Shown: piece by piece, positions 56,962-64,000 of the stretch | How positions within the stretch are numbered: position 1 is the stretch's first letter | Layout of the letters: each line of letters begins with the position of its first letter | Program-made: the position numbers and the translations under genes | Assembly: GCA_965208105.1 (NCBI GenBank) | Contig: OZ242318.1 | Coordinates: forward strand, 4,224,001-4,288,000 | DNA length: 64,000 nucleotides | Source of the DNA: Candidatus Latescibacterota bacterium | Lineage (GTDB): Bacteria; Latescibacterota; UBA2968; UBA8231 | Reading direction: 5' to 3' | Notes under the pieces: model-generated | What the model saw: only the letters and a program-made list of their open reading frames with translations | Databases searched by the model: none | What the model was told of the DNA's origin: nothing

Positions 56962-59367
56962 GTGTCCGCCACCGAGAAATCCAGGCGCAGCCGCCCGGCG
57001 CTGTGGACGGTCCTGAGTTACAGCGCGGGTCTGGTATTGGCGGATTCTGCCCGGGTGTCCGTCCCCCTCCTCTCCGGCATCGCCCTGGCCCTCTTCGCAG
57101 CCGCCCTCGTCCTGCTGATGGCAGGAGGAAGGCGGTCCGCCGGGCTTACCCTGGTCCTCCTGATTCTCGTTGCCGGTCTCGGCGCCCTGCGCTACGAGAT
57201 CAACACGGAGCTGTTACCTCCGAACCACATCTCTGCTTCGGGGCTCGACGGCCGCAAGGGGACCTTCAAAGGCCGCGTCGTCACCGAGCCCGAGCGCCGT
57301 GCCCGGCGCATCTCCTTTGTGGTGGACCTGGAGGCAGCGGAGACGGACAGCGCAATCTACCGCGTCTCGGGCCGGGTCCTGGTGAGCGCCCGCAACCTGG
57401 AGTTGGGGGCAGACTACGGCGACCGGGTAACCCTCATGGGGCGCCTGCGCCTGCCCTCCGGGGCCCGCAATCCGGGTTCCTTCGACTACCGCCGCTTCCT
57501 CTTCCTGCAGAACATTCACGCTACCCTGTCCCTGAGCCGGAGTGCCCAGATCGCCGCGGTGGATGAGGCAGGAGGGGCCTGGCTCTGGGAAGCGGTGGTG
57601 TTGCCCATCCGCCGCTCGGTGCGGCAGAGCATCCGCGGCAACCTGGACGGCGCCCCGGCCGATCTCCTTCAGGGCATGCTCCTGGGCGACAAGCACCGCA
57701 TCTCCCCGGAGGTCAGGGACAGCTTTCGGCGCACGGGACTTGCCCATGCCCTGGTGATCAGCGGTCTGCACGTGGGGCTGGTGGCGGTGTTTTTCTTCAC
57801 GGCGTTCAAGCTCTGCCGGCTTCCCGACGGCCTCACCTGCGCCGCGACGGTCCTGGTCCTTGGGCTGTACGCTCTCGTGACCGAGATGGAACCCCCCGTC
57901 GTGCGGGCGTCGATCATGGCCTCGGTGATCCTCGTGGGGCGCATGGCCGGCCGTCCGGGCGATATCTACAATTCCCTGGGATTGGCCGCGCTCGTCATCC
58001 TGGCGGCCTGGCCGACCAGCCTGTTCAGCCTGGGCTTCCAGCTCTCCTTCGGCGCTACCCTGGCCATCGTGGGACTGCACGACCCCATCGCCAAACTGTT
58101 TCCCTCGTCCTGGCGCCGGAATGAGCGGGTGAGCAGTTGGGTGATGGGTCCCCTGTGCATTTCCCTGGCGGCGCAAATCGGCACCGGCCCCCTGATCGCC
58201 TACCACTTCCAGCAGTTTGCCTTGATCTCCCTGGCGGCGAACGTGTTGGTTGCGCCTCTCCTGGGTCTTGTCGTCAGCCTCGGCCTGCTCAGCGCCCTCA
58301 GCGGGTGGTGGGCGCCCCTGGCTGCCACCGCCTTCAATGCCAGCAACTACGTGGTGTTGAAAAGCCTCATCGGGATGGTGGACGGACTATCCTCCCTTCC
58401 CTTCGCCTCCGTGACCACCGGCAGACCGGGAATCTTTTTTCTGCCGGGGGCATTCATCCTGGCCATGTTGCTGGGGCGCATGCCCGGCAGCCTCCGGGCG
58501 CGCAAATGGGGAGTTTTCGTCATCCTCGCCTGGGCCAATGCGGCGCTGTGGAGTCACCTCCTGCGCCCCGACCGCCTGGAGGTGGCATTCCTCGACGTGG
58601 GACAGGGAGACGGTGCCTTCATCCGCTTTCCCGAAGGTCGAACCATGGTTGTGGACGGCGGCAGCCGGAGCGCGCGATTCGACTACGGGGCCCAGGTGCT
58701 GTTGCCCTACCTGAACCACCGGGGGGTGGAGCGGATCGACGTGGTGGTGGCCTCTCACCCCCACAACGACCACATCGGTGGATTGGTGACATTGCTCGAG
58801 GAGGTGGAGGTGGGCCACTACCTGGACAGCGGCCAGCACTACGATTCGTGGACGGCGAGGAAATTGAGGAGCATCATCAGGGAGAAGGGGATCGGATACC
58901 ACCGGGTCGCTGCCGGAGACACCCTGGTGGGTCTGGGGGGCGTCGGCGCCCTCGTCCTCCACCCGACGGAGAGATTCGTAACCCCGGGAGGCGAATCTCC
59001 CCACGATCTGAACAACGGGTCGGTGGTTCTCGCCTTGAGCTATGGCAGGGTGGGAGTGCTGTTCACCGGCGACGTGGAAAAGGAAACGGATAGGTTTCTG
59101 CTGCCCTGGGGCGAAAGGCTGCAGGCCGCGGTCCTCAAGGTTCCCCACCACGGCTCGTCCACTTCGTCGCGCCCTCCCTTCGTCCAGGCCGTGAAGCCGG
59201 AGATTGCGGTGGTGTCGGTGGGAGCCTTCAACCGCTTCCGGCACCCGGCCCCGGAGGTCGTACGCCGGCTGGAGGCGGGAGGAGCCCGCACCTTTCGCAC
59301 CGACCAACGCGGGGCGGTGATTGTCGAGACCGACGGTGAGACCGTAAAGGTTGCGACGATGCAGTAG
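56962..59367 (+). CDS. comEC: DNA internalization competence protein ComEC/Rec2
   Basis: RNPGSFDY, HALVISGLHVG, GFQLSF, DVGQGD, SHPHNDHIGG, TGD, HHGS, RTDQRG. Confidence 0.95.
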   Translation: MSATEKSRRSRPALWTVLSYSAGLVLADSARVSVPLLSGIALALFAAALVLLMAGGRRSAGLTLVLLILVAGLGALRYEINTELLPPNHISASGLDGRKGTFKGRVVTEPERRARRISFVVDLEAAETDSAIYRVSGRVLVSARNLELGADYGDRVTLMGRLRLPSGARNPGSFDYRRFLFLQNIHATLSLSRSAQIAAVDEAGGAWLWEAVVLPIRRSVRQSIRGNLDGAPADLLQGMLLGDKHRISPEVRDSFRRTGLAHALVISGLHVGLVAVFFFTAFKLCRLPDGLTCAATVLVLGLYALVTEMEPPVVRASIMASVILVGRMAGRPGDIYNSLGLAALVILAAWPTSLFSLGFQLSFGATLAIVGLHDPIAKLFPSSWRRNERVSSWVMGPLCISLAAQIGTGPLIAYHFQQFALISLAANVLVAPLLGLVVSLGLLSALSGWWAPLAATAFNASNYVVLKSLIGMVDGLSSLPFASVTTGRPGIFFLPGAFILAMLLGRMPGSLRARKWGVFVILAWANAALWSHLLRPDRLEVAFLDVGQGDGAFIRFPEGRTMVVDGGSRSARFDYGAQVLLPYLNHRGVERIDVVVASHPHNDHIGGLVTLLEEVEVGHYLDSGQHYDSWTARKLRSIIREKGIGYHRVAAGDTLVGLGGVGALVLHPTERFVTPGGESPHDLNNGSVVLALSYGRVGVLFTGDVEKETDRFLLPWGERLQAAVLKVPHHGSSTSSRPPFVQAVKPEIAVVSVGAFNRFRHPAPEVVRRLEAGGARTFRTDQRGAVIVETDGETVKVATMQ

Positions 59368-59519
59368 GCCAGGGCGCTCCCGGAGGAGGGAAAGGCTGGA
59401 AGGCGGCCGGGGATATTCCCGCCTGACCTGCCGGCGGTTCCGGTGGACATGGAATCAGGATATCTTTATCCTAATTCCAAACGGGAACTCCATCCTGAAA
59501 TTCCAACAGAGGGACGCCC

Positions 59520-60512
59520 ATGGGCAACAGGATTTTGCTGACTCAATCCAACTTTCAGAACCCGGAATTCGATTCCCCGTTCCGCCGCGAGGGACTGGCG
59601 GAATTGGGGAAGCTGGCCGATCTCGAATATTACTCCGGTGAGCTCGGCGCAGCGGACACCGACGGAGTGGTGGGGGTTATCGCCAACTCCGTGCTCATTC
59701 ATCCAGGCTTCTACCGGGAGGGAAAGGATCTCCGCATCGTCTCCCGCTGGGGGGTGGGATACGAGAACGTCAATCTTGCGGCGGCGACCGAGAATGGGGT
59801 CATGGTCACCATCGCCCCCGAGCACATGGTGACGGTGGCCGAGTACGCCATCGCCCAGTGGATGGCCGCCCTCAAACGGGTCTACACCTTGAACCGGATG
59901 GCCCACGGCGGGGAGGTTTCCCTGATCCGCACCTACGAGGCCGATGGCTCGGTGCTCGGCCTCTATGGCATGGGCCGCATCGGACAGGCCATGGCCGAGC
60001 GCGCCCGTCCGCTGCTGGGCAAGGAGGGACGCTTGCTGGTCTACGATATCCGGCCTGACATCGGGGAGTTGGCGGCCAGGTTCGGGGCCGAGGCCGTGGA
60101 CCGCCCGGAGGTTCTCTTCAGGGAATGCGATGCCGTATCTTTGCACGTTGCCGGCGACGACACCATCGTCACCTATGACCTGCTCTGCGCAATGCAGCCG
60201 CACGCCTCCCTGATCAATCCATCGCGCGGCAACCTGGTCGACGACCAGGCGATCAACCGGGCCATACAGGAAGAAAGGCTCTTTTACTACATCGTCGACG
60301 ATCCGGTGGCCGGGCCGCGGGAGGTCCACAAGGATCATCCCCGCATTATCTGCACCAACCACAACGCCGGCATCACCACCCAATCCATGCAGCGCCTCGA
60401 CCACCGGACATTCGAACAGGTCAAGGCGGCAATCGCCGGGAAGGAGCCGCCGCACCTGCTCAACCGCGAGGTGCTGGAACATCCCAGGGTGAGGTCTGCC
60501 ATGAGCGGGTGA
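59520..60512 (+). CDS. D-isomer-specific 2-hydroxyacid dehydrogenase family
   Basis: SRWGVGYENV, VAEY, GMGRIG, INPSRG, NHNAG. Confidence 0.88.
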   Translation: MGNRILLTQSNFQNPEFDSPFRREGLAELGKLADLEYYSGELGAADTDGVVGVIANSVLIHPGFYREGKDLRIVSRWGVGYENVNLAAATENGVMVTIAPEHMVTVAEYAIAQWMAALKRVYTLNRMAHGGEVSLIRTYEADGSVLGLYGMGRIGQAMAERARPLLGKEGRLLVYDIRPDIGELAARFGAEAVDRPEVLFRECDAVSLHVAGDDTIVTYDLLCAMQPHASLINPSRGNLVDDQAINRAIQEERLFYYIVDDPVAGPREVHKDHPRIICTNHNAGITTQSMQRLDHRTFEQVKAAIAGKEPPHLLNREVLEHPRVRSAMSG

Positions 60513-60581
60513 GTTTGCGGCAGGGGGGAACGGGTCGAAGGGAAGACCGCTGAAGGCCCTTCGAGAGGAGGTGGAAGGAGG

Positions 60582-61157
60582 CTAGGAAACTCCGGTTTCG
60601 AGATCGATCCAGTACCTGAGTTTTTTCACCTGGCGTTGGGGCCGCCGGCCTTCCGCCCTGAATGCCTTCGAGTCCATTTTCATCGCGCTCTCGAATCTTC
60701 CTCCGTTGCCCTCGATTATCTTCCTGGAGGCGGTGTTGTCCGAGTCACAAGTCACCATGACCTTGCCCAGATCCATTGCCCGCGATTCCGCCAGGGCCAG
60801 GTTGAGAATCTTTTTGCCGTAACCGCATCTGCGCCTGGAAGGCCGGATGCTGTAGCCGACGTGACCACCGTAGGTGATGAGGTAGTCCGTGCACAACATG
60901 GGACGGATGGAGGTCTGACCGACGTACTCCTCCCCTGCTATGAGCCAGAGCACCCTGTCTACGTACCAGCCTCTGGATCCATCACCCAGGGCGATGAGGT
61001 CGCGCACGAACCTTCCGAAGTTTCGCTTCAGGCTCCGCAGGTCGTACCCCAGGTGCGCCGCATAGGTGGAGTCGAGCCGATTCTGGGCGGCGAACTCGGC
61101 AGCGCCGAGGAGGAAACTCTTCTCGTAGCGCTCGGATGGCAAGGTGAGTGAGCACAT
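60582..61157 (-). CDS. GNAT family N-acetyltransferase
   Basis: GGHVGYSIRPSRRRCGYG, TCDSDNTASRKIIEGNGG, RYWI. Confidence 0.9.
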   Translation of the reverse strand: MCSLTLPSERYEKSFLLGAAEFAAQNRLDSTYAAHLGYDLRSLKRNFGRFVRDLIALGDGSRGWYVDRVLWLIAGEEYVGQTSIRPMLCTDYLITYGGHVGYSIRPSRRRCGYGKKILNLALAESRAMDLGKVMVTCDSDNTASRKIIEGNGGRFESAMKMDSKAFRAEGRRPQRQVKKLRYWIDLETGVS

Positions 61158-61211
61158 GGCCTGCATCGAAAAAGGCCGCCCCGGCAAGGGGACGGCTGAC
61201 ACGGGGCGGTC

Positions 61212-61240
61212 AAGATACCCACGGGCGGAGTAGGTGTCAA
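61212..61240 (-). promoter_or_regulatory. Putative sigma70 promoter of the GNAT gene
   Basis: TTGACA-N17-TATCTT on the minus strand. Confidence 0.55.
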
Positions 61241-61352
61241 GCGGGAGTAGAGCTGACGTTGCCGGAGTACTTGCACGGCACCTGGGGACCGGGTCCTGGA
61301 CGGCGAACCCTCCAGGGTGAACCGGCCGATCAAAGAGAGAGATGGAGACAGG

Positions 61353-62813
61353 ATGAACAAAGTAGAGATCCCGCCGGTAAGCGGAATTTTCGCCCAGCCA
61401 TGGTCATACCGCAAGTTCGTGGCCTTGTTGTCCGTCTTCGGGCCCGCCGCCATCGTGGCCTCGGTGGCCATCGGGGCGGGGGAGACCATCGTCGTGGTGC
61501 GCGCCGGGGCCTGGTCCGGCTACGGGCTGCTGTGGCTGGTGCTCCTCAGCTGCATCGTCAAGGGGATATTCGTCACCTATCTGCTGGGACGCTACACCGC
61601 CATCAGCGGCGAGTACATCGGACATCGCATCGTGCGCATGCCGGGGCCGCGGGGATGGTTGCTGATGGTGATCCTCCTCGTCGAGATGTTCGCCGCGCCC
61701 ATGGGCTGGGTAGCCATATCGAAGCCCTGCGGCGACCTGTTTCACTTCGTGCTGCGCGGCGTCCTTTCCACTTCCATCGCTGAAACGGTCTGGGAGAACG
61801 CCATCGCCTCCTGCTTCATCGGCCTGGCCCTGGGGCTGAGCCTGCGGCTTTCCTACGCCAGGTTGGAGAAGCAGCAACTGGCGATCTGCGCCATCCTGGT
61901 GGTCGGCACAACCGCTGGTACGCTGATGGTGCGCCCCGATTTCCTCCAGGCATTCGTCGGCACCTTCAGCTTCGGCAAGCTGCCCGAGTTTCCACCCTGG
62001 GCATCGGAAGACGCGATCAGGAATCCCATGCTGACCATGGCCACCGCCTTCGGCTATGTGGGCGGTTCGGTCATGAGCTATGCCGTCTACGCCCACTGGG
62101 TCGGGCTGCACCGCTGGGGACTGACGGAGCACGGCGAGATCGAGGCCATTCGCCGTCACGCCTCGGCCCGCGACCAGATCGACTACCTGCCGGACGACCC
62201 CGAACAGGTGCGGCGGCTGCGGCGCCTGTGCTTGCCCCTGCGCTGGGATGTGAGCATGGGCGCCCTGGTTCTGTTCATCGTCACCGCGGCATTCATGCTG
62301 TCGGGGGCCGCCGTCCTCTATCCCCTGCAGACGCGCTTCGAGGGCTGGAGTCTGCTGACCAACCAGGCCCATGTGTGGAGCAACATACATCCAACGCTGG
62401 TGTGGATCTACTACATCTGCGTCGTCGCGGCCCTGTGGGGCAGTCTGCAGGCGCTTCCCGAGATCTACGCCCGGGTGACCCAGGAGTTCCTGCAGGCCAT
62501 CTGGCCGGCGCGCCAGTGGAGATACGGGCTCATCAAGCGCTGCATCTGCCTCTACATCTTCACCGTGACCATGGTCCTGGTGTGGCTGGATATCCCGTTC
62601 AACATCCTCATCCAGGTTGCCGGTTTCCTTTTCGCCAACTTCGCCATCGCCCTCATCATGCTGGCGGCCCTCTACCTGAATTTCAAGCTGCCCCGGGCCT
62701 ATCGTACGCGGCTGCCCATGCTGGTCGGATCCCTCGGGTCGGCGGCGATTCTGGTCCTCTTTGCCGGGATCAGCGGCTGGGGCCTGCTCAGGAAGCTGTT
62801 CGGTCTCGGCTAG
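61353..62813 (+). CDS. Nramp/APC-fold-like transporter
   Basis: GPAAIVASVAIGAGE, GYGLLW, RYT.ISGE, about 11 TM segments. Confidence 0.8.
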   Translation: MNKVEIPPVSGIFAQPWSYRKFVALLSVFGPAAIVASVAIGAGETIVVVRAGAWSGYGLLWLVLLSCIVKGIFVTYLLGRYTAISGEYIGHRIVRMPGPRGWLLMVILLVEMFAAPMGWVAISKPCGDLFHFVLRGVLSTSIAETVWENAIASCFIGLALGLSLRLSYARLEKQQLAICAILVVGTTAGTLMVRPDFLQAFVGTFSFGKLPEFPPWASEDAIRNPMLTMATAFGYVGGSVMSYAVYAHWVGLHRWGLTEHGEIEAIRRHASARDQIDYLPDDPEQVRRLRRLCLPLRWDVSMGALVLFIVTAAFMLSGAAVLYPLQTRFEGWSLLTNQAHVWSNIHPTLVWIYYICVVAALWGSLQALPEIYARVTQEFLQAIWPARQWRYGLIKRCICLYIFTVTMVLVWLDIPFNILIQVAGFLFANFAIALIMLAALYLNFKLPRAYRTRLPMLVGSLGSAAILVLFAGISGWGLLRKLFGLG

Positions 62814-62877
62814 TCCGCCGCAGCGCCAGGCTCACAAGGCGCCTGAGCGAGTCGTACCAGTAGTGTACGGCGAGTGG
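62810..62877 (-). mobile_element. MITE-like repeat, copy C (truncated core)
   Basis: Reverse complement ACTCGCCGTACACTACTGGTACGACTCGCTCAGGCGCCTTGTGAGCC matches the copy B core; lies between two convergent CTAG stop codons (62810-13, 62896-99). Confidence 0.8.
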
Positions 62878-62895
62878 CCGAGTTCATTCCCTTTC

Positions 62896-63972
62896 CTAGT
62901 GGAAGTACCCCTCGGCCTGCAGCAGCTCGGCGGTGAGGATGGCGCCGCCGGCGGCGCCGCGCACGGTGTTGTGGCTCAGGGCCACGAACCTGAAATCGAA
63001 GAGGTTGTCCGGGCGCAGCCGTCCCAGGGTGACGCCCATGCCGGTGCCGGCGTCGCGGTCCAATCTCGTCTGCGGCCGGTCTTCCTCCTCGAAGTAGCTC
63101 AGGAAGGGCGCCGGCGCCGAGGGAAGGTCCAGATTTTGAGGCCGGCCGGCGTAGCTCCGCCAGCGCTCGAGCACCACCTCCATCTCCGGCTTTCTCTCGA
63201 AGTTGATGGCGACCGCCGCCAGGTGACCGTCCGAAACCGGGACGCGCACGCACTGGGCCGAGATGAGCGGAGAGGAGGCCTCGACTATGCGGCCATCTTC
63301 AATGCGGCCCCAGATTTTCAGGGGCTCGCGGATGCTCTTGTCCTCTTCGCCGCCGATGAAGGGGATGATGTTGTCCTCCATCTCGGGCCAGGTGTCCAGG
63401 GTCTTGCCTGCGCCGGAGAGGGCCTGGTAGGTGCAGACCGAGACCTCACGGGGCTGGAAATCGGCAAGCGCGTGGAGGGCGGGGACATAGGGTTGGATGG
63501 AGCAGTTGGGCTTGGCGGCCACGAAGCCGCGGCGGGTGCCGAGGCGGCGGCGCTGGGCGGGGATGATTTCCAGGTGCTGGGGATTGACCTCAGGAATGAT
63601 CATGGGTACGTCGGGAGTCCAGCGGTGGGCGGAGTTGGCCGAGACCACCGGCACCTCGCGCCGCGCATAGCCGTCCTCGAGGGCGCGGATGGCGTCTTTT
63701 TCCATAGAGAGGGCGGAGAAGACGAAGTCGGACTCCTGGCTGATGCCATCCATGTCGGCGCAGTCCGCCACCGTGGTCCCGCTGATGGCAGCGGGAATCT
63801 CCCCGGCCATGACCCAGCGTCCCTCCACCGCCTCGGCATAGGTGCGTCCGGCGGAGCGCGGGCTCGCAGCCAGGGCGGCGATCTCGAACCAGGGGTGGTC
63901 GGCCAACTGTGTCACGAACCGCTGCCCCACCATGCCGGTGGCGCCGAGAATGCCAACTCGCATCCTTTCCAT
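62896..63972 (-). CDS. asd: Aspartate-semialdehyde dehydrogenase
   Basis: LGATGMVGQ, PEVN, PNCS, QALSGAG, EEDK, RVPVSDGH, HNTVRGAAGG. Confidence 0.95.
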   Translation of the reverse strand: MERMRVGILGATGMVGQRFVTQLADHPWFEIAALAASPRSAGRTYAEAVEGRWVMAGEIPAAISGTTVADCADMDGISQESDFVFSALSMEKDAIRALEDGYARREVPVVSANSAHRWTPDVPMIIPEVNPQHLEIIPAQRRRLGTRRGFVAAKPNCSIQPYVPALHALADFQPREVSVCTYQALSGAGKTLDTWPEMEDNIIPFIGGEEDKSIREPLKIWGRIEDGRIVEASSPLISAQCVRVPVSDGHLAAVAINFERKPEMEVVLERWRSYAGRPQNLDLPSAPAPFLSYFEEEDRPQTRLDRDAGTGMGVTLGRLRPDNLFDFRFVALSHNTVRGAAGGAILTAELLQAEGYFH

Positions 63973-64000
63973 CGCTGGGCTCCTTCAGAAATAGGTTGGT

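Noticed and set aside
1703-59307. Many long antisense or alternative-frame ORFs (e.g. 1703-3205+, 3686-5359+, 18111-20462+, 48718-50643-, 50680-52506-)
   Set aside because: Shadow ORFs expected from GC-rich codon bias; they overlap motif-supported genes and have no recognisable motifs
3257-62899. 10 of 14 TAG stop codons counted are preceded by C (CTAG)
   Set aside because: Small sample, largely explained by C-rich third codon positions; only cases next to repeats were kept
1-64000. CRISPR array, rRNA, tRNA, prophage or defence island
   Set aside because: No regularly spaced repeats, cloverleaf or rRNA signatures, and no phage, integrase or defence motifs seen by eye

Overview
GC-rich bacterial chromosomal segment with about 48 credible CDS. 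I saw no rRNA, tRNA, CRISPR array, transposase or integrase. The gene content points to a diderm FCB-superphylum-type organism such as Ca. Latescibacterota (inference): proteins with PNPFN/FlgD-Ig sorting tails, a sulfatase, many catabolic oxidoreductases and aminotransferases, Lgt and an MCE transporter. Housekeeping genes (glgC, trpBA, rpsA-like, recG, aspC, folA, comEC, asd) are interspersed with the following unusual loci. (1) A secreted double-FlgD-Ig protein followed by a tandem pair of ~96%-identical ~980-aa predicted outer-membrane beta-barrels with Ca-binding-like DxDxDG loops and patchy divergence; a paralog of the secreted protein lies 45 kb away. (2) An orphan murG::HEAT-repeat fusion plus a divergent mraY outside the dcw cluster. 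(3) An MCE (MlaDEF/PqiC-like) operon with an embedded uncharacterised beta-barrel gene, divergent from a eukaryote-type fatty acyl-CoA reductase and lgt. (4) A family of hairpin-forming MITE-like repeats, several ending in a CTAG that doubles as a gene's stop codon; degenerate copies bracket trpBA in inverted orientation. (5) A sphingosine-1-phosphate-lyase-like gene. All calls come from motifs read by eye; no database searches were run.
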